From positions 9,846-73,845 of the forward strand of contig CANJXF010000005.1 in assembly GCA_947478865.1 (NCBI GenBank): a stretch of 64,000 bases of DNA, read 5' to 3'. Shown here piece by piece: positions 1 to 9,005 of the stretch. The position numbers and the translations under genes were made by a program. Position 1 is the stretch's first letter. Every line of letters begins with the position of its first letter. This DNA comes from Verrucomicrobiales bacterium. Its GTDB lineage: Bacteria > Verrucomicrobiota > Verrucomicrobiia > Limisphaerales > CANJXF01. A model generated the notes under the pieces. The model searched no databases, was not told the DNA's origin, and was given only the letters and a program-made list of their open reading frames with translations.

Positions 1-811
1 GCGATTGTTCTTGTAGGGATTGAATTTCCTTTTGCAGATTCGAAGCTCGTTGCGCTTCGTAAATTCCCACGCCTGTTGCAATGGCGATCAGGGTCACAAT
101 CAAAGTTTTCTGAATTGTTGTCATAGCAATGGTTTTGGTCGCAGCGATGGCGGTTGAAGTTTGAAATGTTGTTCCAATAAGAGCGACAGCAGTTGAAATT
201 GTGCCAATCAACCCAACCGGCGCGGCTTGAACCGCATTCGCCGAAATTAAAACTGCCAGTCCGCTCGCACCAATCGTTACATTTCGCTTCGAGAAAAATT
301 CGCGCAAACGTTCCACCGCGCGGCTCACACGTTTTTGCGCGGCGTCTTCGCCCACGCCTAAAGTTTCACCCACGTCGCGCAGGCTTTTGTTTTCGAAATA
401 GCGGAGGAGAATCGCGGCGCGATCCGGTTCTTCGAGCGTTTCCATTGCTTCGTCAAGCCACGGTTCGATCTGCGTCCAGTCGGAGGAAGTTGCATTCATA
501 TCGGCGAGTTCCACGGCGATCTGTTCGCGGGCGAGGCGGCGTCCTTCGCTTCGCGAAACGTTCAACGCAGTGCGGCGCGTGACCTGATAAAGCCACGCAG
601 CCAAGACGGTGTCGGGTTTCAACTGATGAACGTTCCGGGCGAGATCCGTGAAAACCGATTGAGCAATGTCTTCGGCCAATTGCGATGACCTGACCTGCCG
701 CATCGCCGCCGAATAGACCAAATCGAGATGGCGGGCCACGAGCGCGGCAAAGGCTTTTTCCGATCCGTGCGCGTATTCCCCTAACAAATCCAAATCCGTT
801 CTCATCTTCAT
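1..811 (-). CDS. ECF-type sigma-70 family factor fused to a C-terminal transmembrane/coiled-coil extension (3' end runs off the window)
   Basis: The reverse-strand frame is open from the ATG at 811..809 to the window edge. It is absent from the ORF track because no stop lies inside the window. My translation is MKMRTDLDLLGEYAHGSEKAFAALVARHLDLVYSAAMRQVRSSQLAEDIAQSVF... It shows sigma region 2, a region 4 HTH (RAAILLRYFENKSLRDVGETLGVGEDAAQKRVSRAVERLR), then hydrophobic segments (ASGLAVLISANAVQAAPVGLIG, TLIVTLIAIATGVGIY) and QKEIQSLQEQ. Confidence 0.8.
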   Translation of the reverse strand, partial: MKMRTDLDLLGEYAHGSEKAFAALVARHLDLVYSAAMRQVRSSQLAEDIAQSVFTDLARNVHQLKPDTVLAAWLYQVTRRTALNVSRSEGRRLAREQIAVELADMNATSSDWTQIEPWLDEAMETLEEPDRAAILLRYFENKSLRDVGETLGVGEDAAQKRVSRAVERLREFFSKRNVTIGASGLAVLISANAVQAAPVGLIGTISTAVALIGTTFQTSTAIAATKTIAMTTIQKTLIVTLIAIATGVGIYEAQRASNLQKEIQSLQEQS

Positions 812-922
812 AAGTATATCCCCGCGCAAAGTTGAAATCCGACAGGAAATCCAGCATTGAACAACTTTGAACCATTTTCCGCTGTTCAACGTCTGAACAA
901 TCGGCTAATTCAAAACACCTTT

Positions 923-1345
923 ATGACGAATAAATTCTTAACTTTCACGCTCGCTTCGGCTTTTTCCCTCGCGGTTTTTTCCGCCTCAGCCGCTGACAAA
1001 GTCGATACCAGCAAACTTCCCCCCGCTTCCGACAAAAAAGATGTTACTTACGAAAAGGACATCAAACCGATCTTCGAAAAATCGTGTTTCAAGTGCCATG
1101 GACCGGAGAAACAAAAAGGCAAGCTTCGCCTCGATAGTTTGGCCGCAACGCTGAAAGGTGGGGAAGAAGGCCCAAATGTCATCAAAGGCAAAAGCGCGGA
1201 AAGCACCTTGGTCCACGCCGTCGCGCGGATTACTGCTGACGAAGAAGCTGCGATGCCGCCAAAGAAAAAAGACGGCACCGTCGAGATCATGAGCAAAGAA
1301 CAAGTCGGCCTGATTCGTGCGTGGATCGATCAAGGCGCGAAGTAA
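923..1345 (+). CDS. small secreted c-type haem protein, PSCyt1 (planctomycete cytochrome c) domain only
   Basis: This is ORF 857..1345. The internal ATG at 923 gives the signal peptide MTNKFLTFTLASAFSLAVFSASA. It has a CFKCH haem-binding motif within IKPIFEKSCFKCHGPEKQKGKLRLD and a C-terminal EQVGLIRAWIDQGA, both typical of PSCyt1. Confidence 0.75.
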   Translation: MTNKFLTFTLASAFSLAVFSASAADKVDTSKLPPASDKKDVTYEKDIKPIFEKSCFKCHGPEKQKGKLRLDSLAATLKGGEEGPNVIKGKSAESTLVHAVARITADEEAAMPPKKKDGTVEIMSKEQVGLIRAWIDQGAK

Positions 1346-1368
1346 ACTGCGATTGAAATAATTTTAGT

Positions 1369-1400
1369 GAGCGGCGTCTCGTCAGAGCGCCGCTCTTTTT
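1369..1400 (+). terminator. rho-independent terminator after the PSCyt1 gene
   Basis: The stem gagcggcg (1369-1376) pairs with cgccgctc (1388-1395). Inner ctc/gag pairs extend it, and ttttt follows. Confidence 0.7.
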
Positions 1401-1509
1401 CTTGCGACTGAGGGGCGAGATGAAGAGGCTCCGCCCGGCGAAATTGAGGTCCTTGCATCCGTTCTGACATGGAATCGCCGCTCTTCAATAAGGGGCAGCC
1501 CACCGTGAA

Positions 1510-2265
1510 TTAATTCTCCAACGACTTCGGCGGGCCGAGGATCAGCGATGCAATAACGGCTCGGCGGGCGGTCTTCGCATTCTTGAAGAGCGCGACGGTT
1601 TCGGCCACTTCCGGCCAGGCCTTTGTTCTGACTTCGATGGAGGTCGTTTCCACCGGACGCTGGCCCACGTCGTGCATGTGCGCGGCCACGCGCTGGCTCA
1701 AGCGCGAAGCGGCGTCGTATTTCTGCGCGGAGGTGGTCAACTCCGTTAAAGTTTTCTGGTGCGTGATCGTTTCAACGCGGGTGGCTTCGAACGGCCGCAA
1801 GACGGTCTGGCGATGGCAATGTGGACAGCTGACGACTTCGTCCATCGCATCGGATGGAAATTCAATGTGGCCGTCGCAATAGTTGCAGTGCGCCTTGTAA
1901 AACTTTTGCGCAAAACTTTTCGGCAAAAACATGGTCGGCTCACTCGGGCGCATTGGGGCGGGAGGCGCGGTTGGAACCGGCTTGCGTTCCTGAACAACGA
2001 TGGGCGGTGGTGGCGGCGTGCGCGTCGTGGGAACGGTTCCTTCCAACATGCGGCGCAGCTCTTCCTCCCAATTGGTGGATTTCTTTTGCGGCTGGGCAAC
2101 CGGCGGAGGTGTTTGGCGATGCGGCAGCGGCGCAGGGTGCTCCGGAGGCAATTCTGATCCGGTCCAATCGTCCTGCGTTTCGTTGCGCTTCTTAAACCAA
2201 TTGAACAACGCCGAAGCGCCCGCGATCACCAGGAAAATAAAAAATGATTCAATACTCGCCAACAT
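1510..2265 (-). CDS. hypothetical membrane-anchored protein with a proline-rich linker and a CxxC-x16-CPxC zinc-ribbon motif
   Basis: This is ORF 1510..2319, with the likely start at ATG 2265 (MLASIESFFIFLVIAGASALFNWF, an N-terminal TM segment). A Pro-rich stretch (PPEHPAPLPHRQTPPPV, TRTPPPPPIV) is followed by CNYCDGHIEFPSDAMDEVVSCPHC. Confidence 0.6.
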   Translation of the reverse strand: MLASIESFFIFLVIAGASALFNWFKKRNETQDDWTGSELPPEHPAPLPHRQTPPPVAQPQKKSTNWEEELRRMLEGTVPTTRTPPPPPIVVQERKPVPTAPPAPMRPSEPTMFLPKSFAQKFYKAHCNYCDGHIEFPSDAMDEVVSCPHCHRQTVLRPFEATRVETITHQKTLTELTTSAQKYDAASRLSQRVAAHMHDVGQRPVETTSIEVRTKAWPEVAETVALFKNAKTARRAVIASLILGPPKSLEN

Positions 2266-2410
2266 TTTGCGCTCCCGTTCCGGTTGATGGAATATGGCGG
2301 CGGGCCGGGGGCAATCCAACTAAAATTTTGCCACAGAGGCACGAAGGCGCCGGTTGCTGGGGTGTCGGCACCTGCGAGGCGCGGAGTGCCGCCCTTAAAT
2401 CCGTATGCGA

Positions 2411-3091
2411 CTAAGGTTTTTTCATCGGCTCGACCGTTTTGAAGTCGCTCGCAATCTGCGGCGAGAAGAGCGCCTCATTCAATTTCTCATTCAACCTCGG
2501 ATTTTTGAAATCGTTCCGCATCGTGGAGCCATCGGCAAATTGCAATTCCGTGGAGTGCAGCAGGAAATCGTTGGTGCCAAAGGCGATTTTGATTTGCGAC
2601 ATCATGCGCCGCGCCGCCGAGGATTTGGGCTGCAATTTTATCTCGCAAACGCCTCCGTTAATCTCCGTCGATTGCAGGTTGAACCGCGATTCCAACTCCG
2701 CCTGGTTTCGAGGAAATCCGGCTTCCAACAAGGCCAGCGCGTCACGCCATGGGCCGACCTGCGTTCCGCTTAATGGATATTTCTCGACGCGCTTCAGCTT
2801 CGGATAGATCACCAGCATTTGCTCGGGCTGACGAAGCGCGATGGTCTGCGCGGGTCGGCCAAGCTCCCAGCGAAAACGGTTCGGCGCGGCAAACCAAACC
2901 TGGCCGGTTGAGATCAGCGGCTGAGTCAGCGACTTCAACGCACGGGTTTGCACGAAGTCCGCCGACCAGGTTTGCAGATTGGTTTGATTGCGAAGCCAAC
3001 TGGAAACCACCGGGCTGAAGTCGGCTGCGCTCGCCGTTTTCTGCGCGAGACAAATCAACATTGTGGCTAGGACGATAAAAACTTTTTTCAT
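2411..3091 (-). CDS. LolA-like outer-membrane lipoprotein carrier family protein
   Basis: This is ORF 2411..3145. The start at ATG 3091 overlaps the upstream stop (ATGA). The signal peptide is MKKVFIVLATMLICLAQKTASA. The pattern WSADFVQTR...GQVWFAAPNRFRWEL...MLVIYP resembles LolA/LppX-fold carriers. Confidence 0.7.
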   Translation of the reverse strand: MKKVFIVLATMLICLAQKTASAADFSPVVSSWLRNQTNLQTWSADFVQTRALKSLTQPLISTGQVWFAAPNRFRWELGRPAQTIALRQPEQMLVIYPKLKRVEKYPLSGTQVGPWRDALALLEAGFPRNQAELESRFNLQSTEINGGVCEIKLQPKSSAARRMMSQIKIAFGTNDFLLHSTELQFADGSTMRNDFKNPRLNEKLNEALFSPQIASDFKTVEPMKKP

Positions 3092-4011
3092 TCTTTTCGG
3101 TTCTCCGGATTCGCCTCCGGCCAGATCGGGACAAAATGATACCATTGATCGAGGTGTTCACGAATCGGCAACTCGAAGGCAGTCATGATTTCCTGCGTCA
3201 GTTTCTGCCGCGCCTCCGCCCCGCGCAGGGCGGCTCGATTGTAAGAAATCTCCGGCATAATATGCGCCGCGTAACCGTTCACGGTGCGGGGCAAATAAAC
3301 CGGCAACAAAACGCAACCGGAAGCACGCGCCAATTCGGCGGCGGCCACGGATGCAGAGAATGGTTTTCCAAATAATTGCACCGGCACCGAGCTGCGGGGA
3401 GGCGGGCGATCCACCAGCAGCGCGACGGTTGCGCCCGCTTCGAGCCGGCGAATAATTTCCACGAACGCGAAGGGATCTTTGCCAATGACCAGGGTTTCGA
3501 TGCCCCACTTCGCGCGAGCCGCCTGCCGCATGGTGGTGAGCTGATCATCGGGCTCATCAAGTGTGACGACGAGCAAATCAAACCCGCGCTTCGATAACAA
3601 CGGCGCGCCAAACTCCCAATTTCCGAGGTGCGGCGTCAGGATTAGCACGCCACGTTTCTGGTTTTGCGCAGCGAGAAAATGTTCCCAACCCGTCAGGTCG
3701 CAGAAAAGATCGTCGATCGGTATTCCGCTTTCGTAGCGCCAAAGATCCACCAGTTTGATGGCGAATTGCTGGAATAACCTCTTGCTCTGATGAACGGCTT
3801 GAGCGCGATCACCACGGCAGGCGACGATGAGATTTTGAATGACGATTTCGCGGCGCGCGGGATTCACCAGCCAATAAACTCGTGCAGCCGCACGACAGAC
3901 GGAATTCGTCAATGGGAGCGGCAGATTTCGAGCAAGGGCCAGTCCTAGCCGCCAGAAAATGCTGCGGTAAAAAACAGATGCTTTGGCCAGCGGTGGAGGG
4001 TTTTCTCTCAC
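3088..4011 (-). CDS. LpxL/HtrB-type (lysophospholipid/lipid A) acyltransferase
   Basis: This is ORF 3088..4122. It has an HX4E/D-type catalytic motif in LILTPHLGNWEFGAPLL and a later VALLVDRPP block, as in the PF03279 family. I prefer the GTG start at 4011, which overlaps the MMPL stop as GTGA. ATG 4122 is the alternative. Confidence 0.7.
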   Translation of the reverse strand: MRENPPPLAKASVFYRSIFWRLGLALARNLPLPLTNSVCRAAARVYWLVNPARREIVIQNLIVACRGDRAQAVHQSKRLFQQFAIKLVDLWRYESGIPIDDLFCDLTGWEHFLAAQNQKRGVLILTPHLGNWEFGAPLLSKRGFDLLVVTLDEPDDQLTTMRQAARAKWGIETLVIGKDPFAFVEIIRRLEAGATVALLVDRPPPRSSVPVQLFGKPFSASVAAAELARASGCVLLPVYLPRTVNGYAAHIMPEISYNRAALRGAEARQKLTQEIMTAFELPIREHLDQWYHFVPIWPEANPENRKE

Positions 4012-6464
4012 ACGTGTTTCTTTGACGAATCCGAATTGAAATTTTTCCCGACTGTGCTGCGCCACCACATCGGCAATAAATAAACTGAAGTCAACATGGA
4101 GATGGCAATTCCCGTCGCGCAAATCTTACCAAGGCTTGATAAGCCGGTGTTGGAAGAAAAAATGAGCGAGCCGAATCCGGCGACGGTGGTTGAGCCGGCC
4201 AAAAGTAAGGCGCGGCCAATCGATTTATGAATGAGAGCAGGGTTGCCTCGGTAACGTCGCAGCGCCAGTTGCATGTGGATGCTGAAATCGACGCCCATTC
4301 CCAACAAAAGCGGGATAGCCATCATGTTCATCAAATTCCAGGTCCACCCGAACGCTGCCATGACCAGCATTAAGAAAAGCCCGCTGAAAACCAGCGTGAG
4401 CAAGCTCAATGAAAGTTCGCGAACGCTGCGAAAGGCGAGCCAAAGCGAGAAAAGCACCAGTAGAACGATCGGAATAATAACTCTTGGAAAATCATCTTTT
4501 ACGAGGTCGAACATGGAAGAGCCGAGAAGCGACCAGCCTGATAAAATGACGCCGTCCTTTTCCAGTGCCCGTGACAAATCCGTTGTCAGGGATTTCATTT
4601 TTTCCGAGGAGGTTCCGCTGGAGGAATTGGTGCCGGGATAAATCAATCCGACAGAAACATAGCCGTTTGAAGTTTGCGCGACGACTTTGTCGAGAATCCA
4701 GCGACTCGCCCGGTTCGTCGGCCAAAAAACATCCGCACGCGCCGCGGCGCTTTGCCAAGTTTGCAAAAGGGATTCGGTCAGGGCGAAGGAATTACTGGTA
4801 AATCCACTAGCCGTCGCCGCTTCGCGCAAATGTTCTTTTTCTGCGACCAACTTTTTCAACGCGGCCCGATTCGCGGCCTGATTTGCCGGTTGCGGCCACA
4901 GCAGCGAGGGAAGCGTATAGCTCGAAATCCATTCGTTGGAAACGGCGCGGCGCAATTCGGTTTCTACCCTCTGCAAGCGGCGCGCGACTTCAGCTTCATC
5001 GCGCCCCGGCGTCAAAATCCAGAGCGGCTCCTGGGGGGCTCCGAGGCTGCGTTTAATTTCTTCGATGGCGGCGTAGGCGGGGCTATCTTTCGGTCGCAGG
5101 GCGTCAGGCGATTGATCGAACGTTGGCCAGAATTTCAGACAAATCACGATCAGCCCAACCAAAAGGACAACGCTCGCGAGCCAGACTGCGCCGGACGCCT
5201 TTTTGAACCGTAAAAAATTTTCGGCATCGGTCCTTTTTTCCTCTTCTGGGTGAGAAACCTTTGGAATTCTTTTCACTGAACGCATCAACGGCGGCAAGTA
5301 GGCGTATTGCATGACGATGGCGGCAATGATGATTCCGATGGCAACAAGCGATCCGAGCTGGCCCAGACCGGGAAGTCCGCTCAGGTTGAGCAGGAAAAAT
5401 GCGCCTGAAGTGGTCACTGCCGACCAAAAGATTCCAGCGCGCGCCTCGCGGCGAATCTCTTCGGCGGATAATTCGGGATGGCTCTGCGATTCCTGGTAGA
5501 GAACGATTCCAAAGTCTTCGGCGAGGCCGAGCAGAATGGACGCGAAACCAAGGCTGACCACGCTGAGCTTGCCGAAAATAAGGCCGCCAAAAGCCAGGGT
5601 CATGGCAAGGATGATCGCCAGCAAGATAAGCAACCAAAGCAATGGCAGCCAGCGACGGTGCGTGATGTAAAAGAGAAGCGCTATGATGCCCAGCGTCCAG
5701 AGCGACGGTGCGGTCATGTCGCTCTCCATTCCACCAGCGATTTCGGTGACGAATGCTGGACGGCCCGTGAACTGAATCGTTATTTCCCTGGGAAAACCGG
5801 CGGATGCCTGCTCTGCGACGGCGATGTCTTTGATGGAGTTCAGCCATTTGCGGCAGTCGCGATAACTCGCCAAATTGGAATTCGCTTCGACAAAAACAAT
5901 TCGGAATTTTCCATCGGCCGAGGAGAAAAGTTCCTGTCCGTTGCCCATGGGCATTGCGGAAGAGACCGCTTCCGGCAACCGCATCAAATTAAACGGATCG
6001 TAACTTCCCATCGCGATGTCGGCTGGCGAAAGGGAATTCGCCAACCGATCCTTGGTGGCAGCCAGTGTTGCCGAAAGATATTCGGGCGCGAGCCGGTTGG
6101 TGAGCTCACCAAAAATCTCCGGGGGCTGATTTATCCACAGAGCAGCGACGAGTTCCGCGGATAGAGTCGGATATTCCAGCCATCCCGGCTGCCAGGTGGC
6201 GTCTGCGACGAGATTGGTCGCTTTCCGGAACGCATTGGCCAACGTCCGTGCGGCGAGTTCCGTTTTTTCCGCGTCGTCAGAGCGAAGCGTGACGACCAAC
6301 TCGCGGCCATTGGAGAAATTCTGCTGATAAAGTTTTAATCCTTGAACGATTCCAGATTTCTCCGGCAACAGATTCAATACTTCGACATCAAAACGCAGTC
6401 GCGCAAAGCCGAGAGCGATCGGGATCAGCAAGAGCAGCCAAAGCCAGCGGCGGGAAAATTTCAT
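4008..6464 (-). CDS. MMPL/RND-superfamily predicted lipid exporter
   Basis: The protein is 818 aa. It has two blocks of clustered TM helices, each preceded by a large soluble loop. The N-terminus MKFSRRWLWLLLLIPIALGF is typical of COG4258-like predicted exporters. Confidence 0.8.
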   Translation of the reverse strand: MKFSRRWLWLLLLIPIALGFARLRFDVEVLNLLPEKSGIVQGLKLYQQNFSNGRELVVTLRSDDAEKTELAARTLANAFRKATNLVADATWQPGWLEYPTLSAELVAALWINQPPEIFGELTNRLAPEYLSATLAATKDRLANSLSPADIAMGSYDPFNLMRLPEAVSSAMPMGNGQELFSSADGKFRIVFVEANSNLASYRDCRKWLNSIKDIAVAEQASAGFPREITIQFTGRPAFVTEIAGGMESDMTAPSLWTLGIIALLFYITHRRWLPLLWLLILLAIILAMTLAFGGLIFGKLSVVSLGFASILLGLAEDFGIVLYQESQSHPELSAEEIRREARAGIFWSAVTTSGAFFLLNLSGLPGLGQLGSLVAIGIIIAAIVMQYAYLPPLMRSVKRIPKVSHPEEEKRTDAENFLRFKKASGAVWLASVVLLVGLIVICLKFWPTFDQSPDALRPKDSPAYAAIEEIKRSLGAPQEPLWILTPGRDEAEVARRLQRVETELRRAVSNEWISSYTLPSLLWPQPANQAANRAALKKLVAEKEHLREAATASGFTSNSFALTESLLQTWQSAAARADVFWPTNRASRWILDKVVAQTSNGYVSVGLIYPGTNSSSGTSSEKMKSLTTDLSRALEKDGVILSGWSLLGSSMFDLVKDDFPRVIIPIVLLVLFSLWLAFRSVRELSLSLLTLVFSGLFLMLVMAAFGWTWNLMNMMAIPLLLGMGVDFSIHMQLALRRYRGNPALIHKSIGRALLLAGSTTVAGFGSLIFSSNTGLSSLGKICATGIAISMLTSVYLLPMWWRSTVGKNFNSDSSKKHV

Positions 6465-6564
6465 TCAGTTCGTCGCGGCGCTTCTAAACGACCGTGCACC
6501 TCTTCGGTGCGTAGAAAATTCAAGCGCGCTTTAAAAAGTGCGGATTCGAATAAAAATCTAAGTC

Positions 6565-7137
6565 TCATGGATTCAAGAATCCTTCAATCATCTCGCCAGT
6601 TGATCGGTTTTCCAAACGCCAATTTTGGTTTTCCGGCTGGCTGAAATACCACGGTTTGGGCGGCGCGATGCCTTTTAACGCATCGGGCAAATGAAACCAG
6701 GCGATACGATTGGGCGGCTTGCCGGGCGCGGAATACGTTTTGTTTCGCGCGGGAATCTCCAATTGCCAACTGCGCGGAGTGATCTGCGCGACGACGAATG
6801 GAAACGGCGTTTTAGTGAATTGAACGACGGTTCGCTCGCCGGGTCGGGTGGCCAGAAGAAGTTCGCCGGCGATTTCAGGCGAATCTTTTTTCGCCCGCCA
6901 AACGGCTTGGCCTTGCTGAATTTTCCAACCCGGCTGGCTGAGATTCGCGGGAGCAATCGGGGCTGTGCTGCATCCCGCCAAGAAGATGGGGAGCGCGAAA
7001 AGCCCCGCGCCGGATCCTTTTCTTACGCCAAACCTTAGGAGGCCTCCCGCCGCTCGTTGTCTCTCCACACTTGAGAAGACGATTAGGAGCAGGATTATGA
7101 GCGTGACCGAAAACGAAAAACACAATTCCAAGTTCAT
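6565..7137 (-). CDS. small lipoprotein (LolB-like or DUF3261-like by size and pattern, unverified)
   Basis: This is ORF 6565..7188. A lipobox, LFALPIFLAGCS, is present. The mature part is about 135 aa and beta-rich (GWKIQQGQAVWRAKKD...TVVQFTKTPFPFVVAQI...WQLEIP). The start codon is uncertain: 7137 or 7188. Confidence 0.55.
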   Translation of the reverse strand: MNLELCFSFSVTLIILLLIVFSSVERQRAAGGLLRFGVRKGSGAGLFALPIFLAGCSTAPIAPANLSQPGWKIQQGQAVWRAKKDSPEIAGELLLATRPGERTVVQFTKTPFPFVVAQITPRSWQLEIPARNKTYSAPGKPPNRIAWFHLPDALKGIAPPKPWYFSQPENQNWRLENRSTGEMIEGFLNP

Positions 7138-7281
7138 CAGCAGACTTACGTTTAATTTTTTTTGAACAATTTCACAGCTTATTGTCAAAAACAGGCGAAT
7201 GAGTTGACGGAACTGCTGGAAACCCTTAGTCAGTGCGGACCAAAATTCACGGCTGAACGGCAGCCTTTCTGGAGATGATCG

Positions 7282-8250
7282 ATGATTAGAGTTGAAAATT
7301 TAAGTAAATCCTTCGGGCCAAAGCTCGCGGTGAACAACATTTCGTTTCAGGTGGAGCGAGGCGAAGTGCTCGGTTTCCTTGGGCCAAACGGCGCAGGCAA
7401 ATCGACCACCATGCGCATGGTCACCGGCTTTATTCCTCCGTCGGGCGGCAAACTTTCCGTGGGCGGATTCGATATCGTTGAAAAACCGATCGAAGCCAAG
7501 CGCCTCATTGGTTATCTCCCGGAAAACGCCCCTTCCTATGCCGATATGACCGTGAGCGGCTTTCTCCATTTTACCGCAGAGATTCGGGGATTGCGCGGCG
7601 ATGCGAAAAAGCGTGCGGTCAATCGCGTGGTTGAGATGTGTTTCCTCGAAAACGTGCTTCATCAAAGTGTGGAAACTCTTTCCAAAGGCTATCGGCATCG
7701 CACCTGTTTTGCGCAATCAATCATCCATGATCCGGACGTTTTGATTCTGGACGAACCGACCGACGGTCTGGATCCGAACCAGAAGCATGAAGTGCGAACG
7801 CTGATTCGCCGCATGGGCGAAAAGAAGGCGATTATTTTTTCCACGCACATCCTCGAGGAAGTGGAAGCGGTTTGTTCGCGCGCCATTATTATTGATCGCG
7901 GACAGATTGTGGCCAACGGAACTCCGCAGGAATTGAAACAGCGCTCCGATCTAGCTGGCGCTGTTTCCTTGCGCGTCAACGGCGTGCCGACAGACGTAAT
8001 CAAACAGAAAATCAGCGTTTTGCCGCTGTCGAAGAAAATCACGATTTTAAAAGAGAGCCCTCAAAAAGTCTCGCTGCGCGTCTTCCCTAAGCCGGGAAGC
8101 GCGGACGGCGAACTGGCGCGAAACCTCGCGGAATTAAGCATGAAAGAAAACTGGCACATCGAAGAATTGCACACGGAAGAAGGGCGGATTGACGAAGTAT
8201 TCCGCAGCATCACCATGCCGGACACGGTGCGTAAGGAGGAATCGAAATGA
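7282..8250 (+). CDS. ABC transporter ATP-binding protein (GldA-like, ABC-2 type)
   Basis: It has Walker A GPNGAGKST, the signature LSKGYRHR, and Walker B ILILDEPTDGLD. GGAG lies 9 nt upstream of the ATG. Confidence 0.9.
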   Translation: MIRVENLSKSFGPKLAVNNISFQVERGEVLGFLGPNGAGKSTTMRMVTGFIPPSGGKLSVGGFDIVEKPIEAKRLIGYLPENAPSYADMTVSGFLHFTAEIRGLRGDAKKRAVNRVVEMCFLENVLHQSVETLSKGYRHRTCFAQSIIHDPDVLILDEPTDGLDPNQKHEVRTLIRRMGEKKAIIFSTHILEEVEAVCSRAIIIDRGQIVANGTPQELKQRSDLAGAVSLRVNGVPTDVIKQKISVLPLSKKITILKESPQKVSLRVFPKPGSADGELARNLAELSMKENWHIEELHTEEGRIDEVFRSITMPDTVRKEESK

Positions 8251-8990
8251 GCGCCTGGGGAAACATTCGGACCATAGCAAAACGTGAGATGGGCGGTTAT
8301 TTCGCCTCGCCGGTTGCGTATGTATTTATCGTCATTTTCCTGCTGCTGGCGGGATTTTTTACGTTCATGGCCGGTGGATTTTTTGAGCGACAAGAAGCTT
8401 CTCTCAATGCGTTCTTCACGTGGCATCCGTGGCTTTATTTGTTCCTCGTCCCAGCGGTTGGAATGCGTTTGTGGTCGGAAGAACGACGCCTTGGAACGAT
8501 GGAATTGTTGCTGACGATGCCAATCACCACATGGCAGGCGATTGTCGGGAAATTTCTCGCTTCATGGCTCTTCCTGATCCTGGCGCTGGTGCTGACCTTC
8601 CCGGTCATCATCACGGTTAATTACTTGGGCAATCCAGATAACGGCGTGATTTTCTGCGCTTACATTGGAAGTCTTCTGATGGCGGGAAGTTATCTCGCGA
8701 TCAGCTGCATGACCTCGGCCCTCACGCGCAATCAGGTTGTCAGCTTCATCATCTCGGTGGTGATATGTCTGTTTTTGATTCTCTGCGGTTATCCGCCAGT
8801 CACGAATCTGTTACTGCGACTGGAAAGCCCTCGTCTGGTTGAAACCGTCGCGGCATTCAGCGTGATGACCCATTTCGAGGGTTTCCAAAAAGGCGTTTTG
8901 GATTCGCGCGATATCATCTTCTTTCTGTCGATTATCGGATTCTCGCTCTTCACGACCGGCGTGATCATCCGCGGAAACCGAGCCGGCTAA
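8247..8990 (+). CDS. ABC-2 type permease (GldF-like)
   Basis: It overlaps the ATPase gene by ATGA. It is a six-TM hydrophobic protein with the motif MREMGGYFASPVAYVFIVIFLLLAGFF, typical of ABC-2 permeases. Confidence 0.85.
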   Translation: MSAWGNIRTIAKREMGGYFASPVAYVFIVIFLLLAGFFTFMAGGFFERQEASLNAFFTWHPWLYLFLVPAVGMRLWSEERRLGTMELLLTMPITTWQAIVGKFLASWLFLILALVLTFPVIITVNYLGNPDNGVIFCAYIGSLLMAGSYLAISCMTSALTRNQVVSFIISVVICLFLILCGYPPVTNLLLRLESPRLVETVAAFSVMTHFEGFQKGVLDSRDIIFFLSIIGFSLFTTGVIIRGNRAG

Positions 8991-9005
8991 CCCCTAGGAC
9001 GAGCC

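Noticed and set aside
193-875. Track ORFs 193..582 (+) and 453..875 (-).
   Set aside because: Both are out of frame with the clearly recognisable ECF sigma factor reading frame (minus strand, 811 to the window edge), and both have low-complexity Arg-rich translations.
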